In this document: positions 38,367 through 49,209 of the stretch, in pieces | Position numbering within the stretch: position 1 is the stretch's first letter | Layout: the number at the start of each line of letters is the position of its first letter | DNA from: Candidatus Fervidifonticultor sextus | GTDB taxonomy: Bacteria > Sysuimicrobiota > Sysuimicrobiia > Sysuimicrobiales > Humicultoraceae | DNA: 64,000 nucleotides | NCBI GenBank assembly: GCA_031459875.1 | Contig: JAVKHQ010000008.1 | Span: 34,354-98,353, forward strand | Direction of reading: 5' to 3' | The notes under the pieces: model-generated | Told to the model about the DNA's origin: nothing | The model's database searches: none | Seen by the model: only the letters and a program-made list of their open reading frames with translations | Translations under genes and position numbers: made by a program

Positions 38367-39611
38367 ATGACGCTCACCGAGAAGATCATCGCCCGCGCGG
38401 CGGGGTTGCCGTCCGTGACACCCGGCGACGAGGTCTGGGCCGGCGTGGACCTGGCGGCCATGCACGACTCCTCGGGGCCGCGCCGCATCGCGCCGACGCT
38501 GGAGCGCCTGGGCGGCCGCCTGTGGGACCGCTCCCGGATCGTGCTGGCCGTCGACCACTTCACGCCGCCGGCCAACCTCCGCCACGCCGAGATTCTGGCC
38601 ACCACCCGCGCGTGGGCCCGGGAGGCGGGCCTCCCGCACTTCTTCGACAGCGTGGGGGTCATGCACAACCTGCTGCTGGAGCAGGGCCTGGCGAAGCCGG
38701 GGACGCTGATCGTGGGGGCGGACTCCCACACGGTCACCGCCGGCGCTGTCGGCGCGGTGGCGGTCGGTGTCGGGGCCACGGAACTGGCCACGGTGCTGGC
38801 CACCGGGCAGATCTGGCTGAGGGTCCCGCCGACGGTGTTGATCCGCTTCGACGACGCCATGCCGGAGTACCTCACGGCCCGGGATCTCGCCATGGCAGTG
38901 CTGCGGGAACTCCGGGCGGACTTCGCCATCTACCGGGCCGTGGAGTACGCCGGCCAGGCGGTGGACGCCCTCGATCTGGACGAGCGCGCCGTGCTCGCCA
39001 ACCAGGCCGTCGAGATGGGCGCGAAGAACGGCATCATCCCGCCCAGCGGGCCGGTCCTGCGGCGGTTTGACCGGGAGGTGAGCGCGACCGGCCTGCCGGT
39101 GGCGGGCGATCCCGGCTGCGCCCACGAGTCGGTTTACACCTTCAGGCTCTCATCCGTCCCGCCCCTGGTGGCTGCGCCGCCCGACGTGGATCACGTGATG
39201 CCGGTGCAGGAGGCCGCAGGACTGTGCCTCGACCGCGCCTACATCGGGTCGTGCGCCGGAGGAAAGGCGAAGGACCTGCGCGAGGCGGCGCGCGTCCTCA
39301 GGGGGAAGCGAGTGAGGATTCCGCTGACGATCACGCCGGCCACGCAGCAGGTCGTGGCTGAGACCCTGCGCGACGGGACCTTGCAGGCGCTCATCGAGGC
39401 GGGGGCGGTCATCCAGGCCCCGGGATGCGGGGCGTGCGCGGGGCTCCACTCAGGGCTGCTCGGCCCCAAGGAACGGTGCGTCGCCACCGTCACGCGGAAC
39501 TACCCCGGCCGCATGGGCGATCCCACCGCGGAGATCTACCTGGCCTCGCCGCTGACCGTGGCGGCCTCTGCCCTGGCGGGACGGCTGACCGATCCGAGAG
39601 AGGTCCTCTGA
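38367..39611 (+). CDS. LeuC/HacA/DmdA-like hydro-lyase large subunit
   Basis: MTLTEKII, HD, DH, GADSHT, IGSC and GCGAC [4Fe-4S] ligands, RNYPGRMG. Confidence 0.92.
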   Translation: MTLTEKIIARAAGLPSVTPGDEVWAGVDLAAMHDSSGPRRIAPTLERLGGRLWDRSRIVLAVDHFTPPANLRHAEILATTRAWAREAGLPHFFDSVGVMHNLLLEQGLAKPGTLIVGADSHTVTAGAVGAVAVGVGATELATVLATGQIWLRVPPTVLIRFDDAMPEYLTARDLAMAVLRELRADFAIYRAVEYAGQAVDALDLDERAVLANQAVEMGAKNGIIPPSGPVLRRFDREVSATGLPVAGDPGCAHESVYTFRLSSVPPLVAAPPDVDHVMPVQEAAGLCLDRAYIGSCAGGKAKDLREAARVLRGKRVRIPLTITPATQQVVAETLRDGTLQALIEAGAVIQAPGCGACAGLHSGLLGPKERCVATVTRNYPGRMGDPTAEIYLASPLTVAASALAGRLTDPREVL

Positions 39612-40120
39612 TGCGGCCGGTCCTCGAAGGACGCGCCTGGGTGTTCGGGGATCACGTGAACACCGACCAGATCCTGCCCGGCCGCTTCCTGGACCGGCCG
39701 GCCGAGGAGGTGGGCCGGTACGCGCTTGCGGGGCTGGACGCGACCTTCCCCGAGCGCGTGGCGCCCGGAGACGTGGTGGTGGCCGGGGTCAACTTCGGGT
39801 GCGGGTCGAGCCGAGAGACCGCGGTCCTGGCGCTGAAGCAGGCGGGAGTCTCGGCGGTGGTCGCGCGGTCGTTCGCTCGCATCTTCTTCCGCAACGCCAT
39901 CAACAACGGCCTCCCCGCCGTCATCATCGGCGACACCGCAGGGATCGGCCAGGGCGATCGGTTGAGACTCGATCTGTCGGCCAGGACCGTGACCAACCTG
40001 ACCACGGGCGCCGTGCTCCCCGTGCAGAACCTCACCGGCACGTCCCTGGAGATCCTCCGGCACGGCGGAATCGTGGCCTACACGCTGGCCAGGGTCGGCC
40101 AGCGCGGAGGACAGCCGTGA
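39611..40120 (+). CDS. LeuD/HacB/DmdB-like small subunit
   Basis: GDHVNTDQILP, NFGCGSSRE, SFARIFFRNAINNGL. Confidence 0.93.
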   Translation: MRPVLEGRAWVFGDHVNTDQILPGRFLDRPAEEVGRYALAGLDATFPERVAPGDVVVAGVNFGCGSSRETAVLALKQAGVSAVVARSFARIFFRNAINNGLPAVIIGDTAGIGQGDRLRLDLSARTVTNLTTGAVLPVQNLTGTSLEILRHGGIVAYTLARVGQRGGQP

Positions 40121-41004
40121 CGGCGGCCTCCCTGCGGCCGTCCACCCGGCTGCGCCACCGGCTGGGAAGCCCGGCCATCGTCGTCGCGCCGGGAGCCCAC
40201 GACGCGCTGACGGCACGGATCGTCGAACGCGCCGGCTTCGAGGCGGCCTACTTCACCGGCGCCGGCTTCTCCTATACCCACCTCGGGGCCCCCGACCTGG
40301 GCCTGGTCAGCCTGACCGAGACGGTCTGGCGCCTGGCCGCGGTGGTGGAGGCGACAGCGCTGCCCGTCATCGCCGACGCGGACACCGGGTACGGCAATGC
40401 GCTCGCACTGACCCGGACCATGCGGGAGTTCGAGCGGGCCGGCGCCGCGGCGATCCAGCTGGAAGACCAGGTCGCCCCCAAGCGGTGCGGGCACCTGGCC
40501 GGCAAGGCCGTGATTCCCACCGACGAGATGGTCGGGAAGATCCATGCCGCCGTCGACAGCCGGCAGGATCCCGATCTGCTCATCATCGCCCGCACCGATG
40601 CCCGGGGCGTCGTGGGCCTCGACGCCGCCATCGAGCGGGCGCATCGGTACCGCGAGGCGGGGGCCGACGTCCTGTTCGTGGAAGCGCCCGCGACCAGGGA
40701 GGAACTGACCCGCATCGCCCGCGAGCTGGCACCGCCGGTGATGGCGAACATGGTGGAGGGCGGGGGGACGCCGCTGTGCAGCGCCGCGGAACTGGAGGCG
40801 ATGGGCTACCGGCTCGTCATCTTCCCCGGGGCGGCGGTCCGCGCGGCTGCGGCGGCCATCATGCGGGTGATGGGGGCCTTGAAGCAGCAGGGCACGACCG
40901 CCGGGATGCTGGACGAGATGCTCTCCTTCCAGGCGCTCAACGACCTGGTGGGGCTGCCGACGTACCGACGGCTCGAGGAGCGCTACCTGCCCCGGCCACG
41001 CTGA
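40117..41004 (+). CDS. Isocitrate lyase/PEP mutase family C-C lyase (PrpB/dimethylmalate-lyase-like)
   Basis: DADTGYG, LEDQVAPKRCGH, ARTDA, NMVEGG. Confidence 0.92.
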   Translation: MTAASLRPSTRLRHRLGSPAIVVAPGAHDALTARIVERAGFEAAYFTGAGFSYTHLGAPDLGLVSLTETVWRLAAVVEATALPVIADADTGYGNALALTRTMREFERAGAAAIQLEDQVAPKRCGHLAGKAVIPTDEMVGKIHAAVDSRQDPDLLIIARTDARGVVGLDAAIERAHRYREAGADVLFVEAPATREELTRIARELAPPVMANMVEGGGTPLCSAAELEAMGYRLVIFPGAAVRAAAAAIMRVMGALKQQGTTAGMLDEMLSFQALNDLVGLPTYRRLEERYLPRPR

Positions 41005-41025
41005 AGGAAGGTGAGGTCGGCTGCC

Positions 41026-41829
41026 ATGCCGCGACAGCCTTCCGCGAGCGTCCGCAGCGTCGAACGGGCGCTGGACGTCCTGCTGTGCTTTGATTTCGAG
41101 TCCCCGCGCCTGGGCGTCAGCGAGATCGCGCGGCGCCTGGGCCTGTCCAAGAGCACCGTGCACCGCCTGCTGGTGGCCCTGGAGCGGCGTGGATTCGTCC
41201 GCCAGGATCCCGCCACCGGCGCCTACACCCCCGGGCTCCAGCTCTTCCGCCTGGGGCGGGTGGTGCAGAACGGCATGGAGTTGCGCGCGCAGGCCCTGCC
41301 CGTCATGCGGAGGCTCCAGGCCCAGAGCGGGGAGACCGTCAACCTCAACATCGTGGTCGGCCGGCACCGGGTCTGCATCGAGAAGGTGGAGAGCCGGCAC
41401 GATGTCCGCCATTTCGTCGAGATCGGGAAACCGCTCCCGCTGCATCTGGGCGCCTCGGGGAAGGTGCTGCTGGCGCACCTCCCCCCGCAGGAGGTCGCCG
41501 CGGCCATCCGGGAGGCCCGGCGGTGGCCCGGCACCCCCCGGGCCATACTCGCCGCCCTCCCCCGCCAACTTGCGGAGATCCGCCGGCGCGGCTATGCCTG
41601 GGGGATCAGCGAGCGGGTGCCCGGCGCGTTCTCGGTGAGCGCGCCGATCCGCAACGATACGGGCGAGGTCGTCGCCGGGCTGACCATCTCGGGGCCGGTG
41701 CTCCGGCTGGCCAAGGGGGACATCCCCCGGTTCGCCAGGATGGTGGTGCGGGCCGCGGCCGAGATTTCGGCGTCGCTGGGCTTTCTGGCCGGGGAGCGCC
41801 CCGGGAGGATTTCGAGGGCGCAGCGATGA
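41026..41829 (+). CDS. IclR family transcriptional regulator
   Basis: SVERALDVL, LSKSTVHRLL, GASGKVLLA, IRRRGYA, SVSAPI. Confidence 0.95.
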   Translation: MPRQPSASVRSVERALDVLLCFDFESPRLGVSEIARRLGLSKSTVHRLLVALERRGFVRQDPATGAYTPGLQLFRLGRVVQNGMELRAQALPVMRRLQAQSGETVNLNIVVGRHRVCIEKVESRHDVRHFVEIGKPLPLHLGASGKVLLAHLPPQEVAAAIREARRWPGTPRAILAALPRQLAEIRRRGYAWGISERVPGAFSVSAPIRNDTGEVVAGLTISGPVLRLAKGDIPRFARMVVRAAAEISASLGFLAGERPGRISRAQR

Positions 41830-41848
41830 AGACGGCGGCACCGGATGC

Positions 41849-41874
41849 GAAACGTCGTTCTGGGGTACGGAACA
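41849..41874 (+). promoter_or_regulatory. Second, degenerate copy of the putative IclR site
   Basis: GAAACGtcGTTC-N9-GAACA has the same layout as GAAACGatGTTC-N9-GAACA at 38320-38345; lies upstream of the transporter genes. Confidence 0.5.
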
Positions 41875-41920
41875 ACACGGCGTGGGCGGCCTACGCCACG
41901 CTGCAAAGGGGGATGCGGGA

Positions 41921-43159
41921 ATGAGCAGGCTCACGCGCAGGGAGTTCGTGAAACGGTCGGCTGTGCTGGGTGGGGCGGCGGCGCTGACCTCGGTGCCGCA
42001 GTGGGCCATCCGCGCCGCGGAAGCGGCCACGCCCGCCGAGGTGAAGATCGGCCACCTCCACCCCCTCTCCGGCGGGCTCGCGCTGGAGGGAGGCGAGATG
42101 CGCGATGCGATCCTGCTGGCCGCCGACGACGTAAACCGTGCTGGCGGCATCAGGTCACTGGGCGGTGCCAGGGTCACCGTGGTGCACGGGAACACCGAGG
42201 GCTCGCCGGACAAGGGCGCGGCCGAGGCCGAGCGCCTCATCGGCGAAGGCGTCGTCGGGTTGCTGGGAGCCTACCAGAGCGCGGTGGCCTTCGTGACCAC
42301 CCAGGTGGCCGAGCGCCGGCGCATCCCCTACGTCATCACCGTGGCGGTGGCCGACGAGATCCTCGAGCGCGGCTTCACCTACACCTTCCGGGTCCAGCCC
42401 AACTCCACGGCCATGGCCCAGTACGCCATTGAGTACCTCACCACCCTGGGCAAGATGACCCGCACTCCGGTCAACACCATTACCATCATGCACGAGTCCA
42501 GCATCTTCGGCGTCTCCATCGGCGACCGGCTGGTGCGGTTTGCCGGCCCCGCGGGGCTGCGGATCCTGGAGCGCATCGTCTATCCCACGGTGACCGCCGA
42601 CGTCACGACCGAGTGCACCAAGGTGCGGGCGGCGAACCCTGATGTGGCCATCTTCACCGGGTATTTCCGGGACGGCGTGCTGGTCGCGCGCACGATCCGC
42701 GAGGTCGGCCTGCGGGCCAAGGGGATCATGGGCGTCGCCAACGGCGCCTTCAGCCATCCCAGGTTCTCGGCCGAAGCCGGCCCCCTGGCCAGCGAGAACG
42801 TCATGGACGCCAACTACTACTACAACCCGGTCAACCCCCGGACCCGCGGCGTGTTCCGGGCCTACCGGGAGCGGTTCAACCGCGACATGTCCACCCACGC
42901 GGTGTACGCCTACGCGGCGACCCGCGTGCTGCTCGACGCCATCGAGCGGGCAGGAGCGGTGGATCCCACGAAGATCCGCGCCGCCCTGGCTGCGACCAAC
43001 ATGCGGGACCACATCCTCCCGCAGGCGGAGATCAAGTTCGACAGCAAGGGGGAGAATGTGAACGCCCGGCCGGTGCTGCTCCAGGTGCGCGGCGGGATCC
43101 CGCGCGTGATCCTGCCGGAGCGCTACGGCGAGATGACGGCGGTCTTCCCCGCGACCTGA
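41921..43159 (+). CDS. LIV-type ABC substrate-binding protein with Tat signal
   Basis: TRREFVK, VKIGHLHPLSG, GAYQS, YTFRVQP. Confidence 0.92.
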   Translation: MSRLTRREFVKRSAVLGGAAALTSVPQWAIRAAEAATPAEVKIGHLHPLSGGLALEGGEMRDAILLAADDVNRAGGIRSLGGARVTVVHGNTEGSPDKGAAEAERLIGEGVVGLLGAYQSAVAFVTTQVAERRRIPYVITVAVADEILERGFTYTFRVQPNSTAMAQYAIEYLTTLGKMTRTPVNTITIMHESSIFGVSIGDRLVRFAGPAGLRILERIVYPTVTADVTTECTKVRAANPDVAIFTGYFRDGVLVARTIREVGLRAKGIMGVANGAFSHPRFSAEAGPLASENVMDANYYYNPVNPRTRGVFRAYRERFNRDMSTHAVYAYAATRVLLDAIERAGAVDPTKIRAALAATNMRDHILPQAEIKFDSKGENVNARPVLLQVRGGIPRVILPERYGEMTAVFPAT

Positions 43160-43203
43160 CAGCGCGGGCGCCGGTCAGCGAGGGCACCCTCCCGGGGTAG
43201 TCC

Positions 43204-44076
43204 ATGCTGCTCCTGCTGGGCCAGGCGGCGGTCACCGGCCTGCTCACCGGGGCGGTCTACGCCCTGGTGGCCGTCGGGCTCACCCTCATCTTCGGCGTGA
43301 TGCGCGTGGTGAATTTCGCCCACGGCGCGCTGCTCATGCTGGGGATGTATGCGGCCTACTGGTTCCACGTGCTCCTGGGCGTCAACCCGTACCTCTCGCT
43401 GCCGGTCACCTTCATCCTGCTGTTCGCGCTGGGAGCGGTCATTCAACGGGGGCTCCTGCAGCCGATCCTGGCGGCTCCCCAGCACAACCAGCTGCTCCTC
43501 ACGCTGGGGGTGATGTTGATCATCGAGAACCTGGCGCTCTTCCTGTGGAGCCCCGACTTCCGGACGCTGCGCATCGGATGGCTGGAGGGGGCCATTCCGC
43601 TGGGCGCGCTGCTGCTCAACAAACCCCGGCTGATCGCCTTTGCCGGCGCGCTGGTGCTCACCGCGGCGCTGTATCTCTTCCTCACCTTCACCGAGCTGGG
43701 GCGCGCCATCCGGGCCACCGCGCAGGATCGGACCGGCGCCTCCCTGGTGGGAGTGAACGTGACGCGGATCAACACCCTGACCTTCGGGCTGGGGGCGGCC
43801 TGCGCGGGGGTGGCCGGGGCGCTGATCACCCCCTACCTGTACACGGCGCCCCAGGTCGGGCACGTCTTCCTGCTCTATGGCTTCGTCGTGGTCGTCCTGG
43901 GGGGCCTGGGGAGCTTCACCGGCGCGCTGGCCGGCGGCCTCCTGATCGGGATCGGCGAGTCGCTGGGGGCCGCGCTGCTCCCCGGGTCGCTCAAGGAACT
44001 GGTGGTCTACCTCATCTTCATCCTCGTGCTGCTGTTCCGGCCCACCGGGCTGTTCGGGGTTCCCCACCGTGGGTGA
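43204..44076 (+). CDS. LIV-type ABC permease (LivH-like)
   Basis: GLTLIFGVMRVVNFAHG, GRAIRA, VVLGGLGS, RPTGLFG. Confidence 0.94.
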   Translation: MLLLLGQAAVTGLLTGAVYALVAVGLTLIFGVMRVVNFAHGALLMLGMYAAYWFHVLLGVNPYLSLPVTFILLFALGAVIQRGLLQPILAAPQHNQLLLTLGVMLIIENLALFLWSPDFRTLRIGWLEGAIPLGALLLNKPRLIAFAGALVLTAALYLFLTFTELGRAIRATAQDRTGASLVGVNVTRINTLTFGLGAACAGVAGALITPYLYTAPQVGHVFLLYGFVVVVLGGLGSFTGALAGGLLIGIGESLGAALLPGSLKELVVYLIFILVLLFRPTGLFGVPHRG

Positions 44077-45064
44077 GGCGCCCGCCCCGGTCCGGGCCCT
44101 CTCAGCGGCCCCGAAGATCCCCCTGGCGCTCGGCGGCCTGGTGCTGGCTGCCCTCGTCCTGGGGGCGCCGCTGGTGGCCACGCCCTATCTCCTGCGCATC
44201 CTCATCATGACCTTCTACGGGGCCTACCTGGCCCAGAGTTGGAACCTCGTGGGCGGGTACGCCGGGCAGTTCTCCTTCGGCCATGCGACGTTCTTCGGGC
44301 TGGGGGCGTACGCCACGGCGCTCCTCTTCGCCAAGGGCGGGATCACCCCGTGGCTGGGGATGCTGGTCGGGGCCATCCTGGCCACCGGGGCCGGCGTGTT
44401 CATCGGGTTCCTCAGTTTCCGCTATGGCCTGCGGGGGCCGTATTTCGCCCTCGTCACCCTGGCTTTTGCCGAGGTCTGCCGTATCGCCGTGACCAACTGG
44501 CGGGCACTGGGCGGCGCCATGGGAGTCCTGATCCCGCTCCGCCAGTCCCTGGGGACCCTCCAGTTCTCGGAACCCGCGGCGTACTACTACATCATCGTGG
44601 CCATGACCGCAGGCATCTCGATGCTGGCGCTGGTGCTGGAGCGCTCCCGCCTGGGCATCTCCATGGAGGCCGTCCGCGAGGACGTCGATGCGGCGGAGGC
44701 CCTGGGCGTGGACACGACCCGCACGCGCCTGGCCGCCATGGGGCTCAGCGCCTTCTGCACGGCCCTGGCGGGCACGTTCTACGTGCAGTTCTTCTCCTAT
44801 GTGGATCCCCATCTGGCCTTCGGCATCGACGTCTCCATCGCGGCCATCCTGCCCAACATCATCGGCGGCACCGGCACGGTGCTGGGACCGCTGGCCGGGA
44901 GCGCCATCCTCGTCCCGCTCGGCGAATGGATGCGGGCCTACCTGGGCGGCTACCGCGGCGTCCACCTGATGGTCTACGGCGCCATCCTGGTGGTGGCCAT
45001 CGTCTTCCTCCCCCGCGGTCTCGTGGGGGCGGTCCGGCGGTGGTGGGGGGCGAAGAGGCCATGA
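44069..45064 (+). CDS. LIV-type ABC permease (LivM-like)
   Basis: WNLVGGYAGQFSFGH, LRGPYFALVTLAFAE, IIGGTGT, LPRGLVG. Confidence 0.94.
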   Translation: MGEAPAPVRALSAAPKIPLALGGLVLAALVLGAPLVATPYLLRILIMTFYGAYLAQSWNLVGGYAGQFSFGHATFFGLGAYATALLFAKGGITPWLGMLVGAILATGAGVFIGFLSFRYGLRGPYFALVTLAFAEVCRIAVTNWRALGGAMGVLIPLRQSLGTLQFSEPAAYYYIIVAMTAGISMLALVLERSRLGISMEAVREDVDAAEALGVDTTRTRLAAMGLSAFCTALAGTFYVQFFSYVDPHLAFGIDVSIAAILPNIIGGTGTVLGPLAGSAILVPLGEWMRAYLGGYRGVHLMVYGAILVVAIVFLPRGLVGAVRRWWGAKRP

Positions 45065-45778
45065 GCCTGCTGGCGGCGCGCGGCCTGGTGAAGCGGTTCG
45101 GCGGCCTGGTCGCCGTCAACCGGGTCAGCCTGCACGTGGAGGCGGGAGAGATCGTGGGCCTGATCGGTCCCAACGGCGCCGGCAAGACCACAGTCTTCAA
45201 CCTCCTCTCCGGATTTCTCCGGCCCGACGAAGGGTCCGTGCGCCTTGACGGGCGGGAGCTGGTGGGCCGGCGACCCTTCGAGATCTGCCGCCTCGGGCTG
45301 GTCCGGACGTTTCAGATCGTCCGGCCCTTCGCCGACCTCCCGGTGCTGCGCAACGTCATGGTGGGCGCATGGGCCCGGGCCGCAGCTGCCGGCACCGCGC
45401 GCGCCATCGCCGAAGAATGCCTGGCGTTCGTCGGACTGTCGGACAAGGGCGCGGTGCCGGCCCGCGACCTGACCATCAGCGAGCAGCGGCGTCTGGAGGT
45501 GGCGCGCGCGCTGGCCACCCGGCCCCGGCTGCTCCTCCTGGACGAAGTGATGGCCGGGTTGAACCCGCACGAGGTGGAGGTGATGAGCGATCTGCTGCGC
45601 CAGCTGGTCGGCCGCGGGATCACCCTGCTGCTGATCGAGCACGTCATGCGCGCGGTGATGCGCACCTGCCACCGCGTCCTGGTCCTCCACCACGGCGAGA
45701 AGATCGCCGACGGGCCGCCGGCGCAGGTGGCCCGGGATCGCCAGGTGATCGACGCCTACCTGGGAGAGGCGGCGCTGC

Positions 45779-45786
<8 letters not shown>
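45061..45786 (+). CDS. LIV-type ABC ATP-binding protein (LivG-like)
   Basis: KRFGGL, GPNGAGKTT, RTFQ, LLLDE, AYLG. Confidence 0.94.
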
Positions 45787-46483
<697 letters not shown>

Positions 46484-46486
46484 GCG

Positions 46487-47857
46487 ATGCGGTGGGATGC
46501 CGAGACCGACGCGGTCGTGGTCGGGGCGGGCGCATGCGGGCTGGCCGCGTCGCTGACGCTGGCTCAGGAGGGCTGCGACGTCGTGTTGCTCGAGAAGGGC
46601 CGGCGCATCGGCGGGAACACCGCCATCAGCACCGCGATGATCCCGGCCGCGGCCTCGCGACAGCAGCGCGAGGCGGGCATCCGGGACTCGCCCGAGCAGA
46701 TGGCTTCGGACATCCTGGCCAAGGCGGGGCCGGCGGCGGACCGGGATCACGTTCTGGAACTCTGCCGGCGATCGGCTGAACTCGTCGACTGGCTGATCGA
46801 CGCCGGCGTGCCGCTGCATCTGGTGACCGATTTCCTCTACACGGGACAGTCGGTCCCGCGCTTCCACGCGCCGCCCTCGCGCCAGGGAAAGGACCTGGCA
46901 GACCCGCTGGGCGCCGCCGTCGCCGCCACCGGTCGGGTGACCGTGGTCACCTCAGCGCCGGTGCACCGGCTGATTGTCGACGACGCCGGCGCGGTCATCG
47001 GCGTCGAGGCCGGCGAGGCGCACGAGCGGATCGGCGCGCGCTCCGTCGTGCTCGCCGCCTGCGGGTTCGGCGGCAACCCCGAGATGGTCCGCACCTACTG
47101 TCCGGAGATCGCCGAGGCCCTCTACTTCGGCGAACGGACCGTGACCGGAGACGCGATCCGCTGGGGCATGGCGCTGGGGGCAGAGACCCGCTGCATGGAC
47201 GCCTATCAGGGCCACGGTACCGTGGCGATCCCCCACGGCGTCCTGTTGAGCTGGGCCGCGGTCGAGAAGGGCGGGTGCCTCGTCAACGGCTGGGGGGTGC
47301 GCTTCGCCAACGAGGACCTCGGCTACAGCGCCTTTGCAGCCCTGGTGATGCGCCAGCCCGACGGGCTGGCGTACGTGATCTTCGACGGCCGCATCGACGC
47401 GGAGATGACATCCCACGACCAGAACTACCGGGAACTGGACGCCCTGGCCGGCATCCGCCGCGCGGGATCGCTGGCCGAACTGGCCGACCGGCTGGGGCTG
47501 CCGGGGCCAGCCCTCACCCGCACGGTTGAGGCCCTCAACGCTGGCCTCCGGGGAGGGTGCGACCCGCTGGGCCGCACGATCGGACAGCGTCGGCCGCTGG
47601 AAGCACCCTACTGCGGGGTGAAGGTCACCGGGGCACTGTTCCACACCCAGGGCGGGTTGGCCATCGACACCGCGGGCCGGGTGCTGCGGCCGGGCGGACG
47701 GCCGATCGTCAATCTCTTCGCCGGCGGCGGCAGCGCCGTGGGCATCTCGGGCCACGGCGCCGCCGGGTACTCGCCCGGCAACGGGTTGCTGACCGCGCTG
47801 GGATGGGGCCGCATCGCGGGCCTGACCGCAGCCCGCCGGATCCGGAGGGGAGCATGA
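46487..47857 (+). CDS. FAD-dependent oxidoreductase, FAD_binding_2 family (TcuA/KstD/flavocytochrome-like) (1)
   Basis: GAGACG, LAACGFG, GVRFANE, TQGGL, NLFAGG, GNGL. Confidence 0.88.
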   Translation: MRWDAETDAVVVGAGACGLAASLTLAQEGCDVVLLEKGRRIGGNTAISTAMIPAAASRQQREAGIRDSPEQMASDILAKAGPAADRDHVLELCRRSAELVDWLIDAGVPLHLVTDFLYTGQSVPRFHAPPSRQGKDLADPLGAAVAATGRVTVVTSAPVHRLIVDDAGAVIGVEAGEAHERIGARSVVLAACGFGGNPEMVRTYCPEIAEALYFGERTVTGDAIRWGMALGAETRCMDAYQGHGTVAIPHGVLLSWAAVEKGGCLVNGWGVRFANEDLGYSAFAALVMRQPDGLAYVIFDGRIDAEMTSHDQNYRELDALAGIRRAGSLAELADRLGLPGPALTRTVEALNAGLRGGCDPLGRTIGQRRPLEAPYCGVKVTGALFHTQGGLAIDTAGRVLRPGGRPIVNLFAGGGSAVGISGHGAAGYSPGNGLLTALGWGRIAGLTAARRIRRGA

Positions 47858-49209
47858 CGCCGGAAGCGCAGCTCGCGGCGTTCGCGTGCGCGCTGCGGCC
47901 TGACCACCTGCCCGAGCCGGTCGCTGCGCGCGCGCGGCTCGTGGTGATCGACACGCTGGGTGCGATCGTCGGCGGGATGCCCACCATCCTGCGGGCTGCG
48001 GAGTACCTGGCCCGTACGTCCCCGGGCGCCGCGACCATCCTCGGGACGCCCTGGCGCGCCGAGCCGGGCCATGCGGCGTTCCTCAACGGCAGCGCCGGCA
48101 CCGCCCTCGAACTGGACGAGGGCCACCGGTTCGCCGCCGGGCACCCGGCCATCCACGTGGTCCCCGCAGCCCTGGCCGCTGCGGAGGTGACCGACGCGAC
48201 CGGTGAGCGCTTCCTGGCCGCGGTGGCAGCCGGCTATGAGGTCGCCGCCCGGGTCGGTTGCGCCGTCGGGCCGCTGAGGCCGCCGCTCCACCCGCACGGG
48301 ACCTGGGGGACGCTGGGCGCGGCCGCAGCCGCGGCGGTGCTCCTGGGAGCGGAGCCGGAGGCCGTCGCCGAGGCGCTGCGCCTGGCGGCCCACTACGCCA
48401 TCCACACGCACTACGCCGCGGCCACCGAGGGCGCCACCGTGCGGGACACCTTTGCCGGCGCCAGCAACCTCCTGGGGTTCCTGGCCGCCCGGCTCGCGGT
48501 GTCGGGGATCACCGGGATGCCGGACCTGCTCCGGACGCTGGCCCCGCTGGCGATCTCGCCGCCCGAGGCGGAGGCGCTGACCCACCGGCTCGGTGACGGC
48601 TACGAGGTCGGCCGCGGTTACTTCAAGATGCACGCCGCCTGCCGCCACCTCCACGGCGCGCTGGACTGCCTCGACGAGATCCTGCGAACGCACCCAATGG
48701 CTCCCGAGGAGGTCGTCCGCGTCGAGGTGGACACCTACGCGCCGGCGAGCACCTTCACCGGGCGCCGTCCCCAGACCCGACTGGCGGCCAAATTCAGCCT
48801 GCCGTTCGCGGTGGCCACGCGCCTTGTCACCGGCACCTCATCGGCGGAGGCGTTCGAGCCCGCGGCCCTTACGCCCGAAGCGTTCGCCCTGGCCGACCGG
48901 GTCGTCGTGCGGGAGCGGCCGGAGTTCACCGCCGCGCAGCCCGCGCGGAGGCCGACGGCGGTGTCGGTGGTCCTGCGCGACGGCCGCAGGCTCCAGGCTC
49001 AGGTCTCCCTGCCGAGGGGCGAGGACGATCTGGCGTACGACGACGACCAGGTCAGGCAGAAGTTCGCCCGTCTGGCCGGCCGTGTTCTGGGTGCTGAGGC
49101 CGCGGCTCGGGCGCTGGCGCGGTGGCAGCAGGTGGAGGCGGCGCCCATCCGCGACCTCGTCGCGCTGCTGGCCGCGCAGGACGTGGCGTCACCCCGCCAT
49201 GATCATTGA
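47854..49209 (+). CDS. MmgE/PrpD family protein (1)
   Basis: NGSAGTALELDEGH, GHP, HPHGTWG, YFKMHAACRH, AKFSLP. Confidence 0.92.
   Translation: MTPEAQLAAFACALRPDHLPEPVAARARLVVIDTLGAIVGGMPTILRAAEYLARTSPGAATILGTPWRAEPGHAAFLNGSAGTALELDEGHRFAAGHPAIHVVPAALAAAEVTDATGERFLAAVAAGYEVAARVGCAVGPLRPPLHPHGTWGTLGAAAAAAVLLGAEPEAVAEALRLAAHYAIHTHYAAATEGATVRDTFAGASNLLGFLAARLAVSGITGMPDLLRTLAPLAISPPEAEALTHRLGDGYEVGRGYFKMHAACRHLHGALDCLDEILRTHPMAPEEVVRVEVDTYAPASTFTGRRPQTRLAAKFSLPFAVATRLVTGTSSAEAFEPAALTPEAFALADRVVVRERPEFTAAQPARRPTAVSVVLRDGRRLQAQVSLPRGEDDLAYDDDQVRQKFARLAGRVLGAEAAARALARWQQVEAAPIRDLVALLAAQDVASPRHDH

Noticed and set aside
38367..40120. leuC/leuD for leucine biosynthesis
   Set aside because: No leuA/leuB/ilv context; the lyase, IclR and transporter neighbours indicate a catabolic paralogue.
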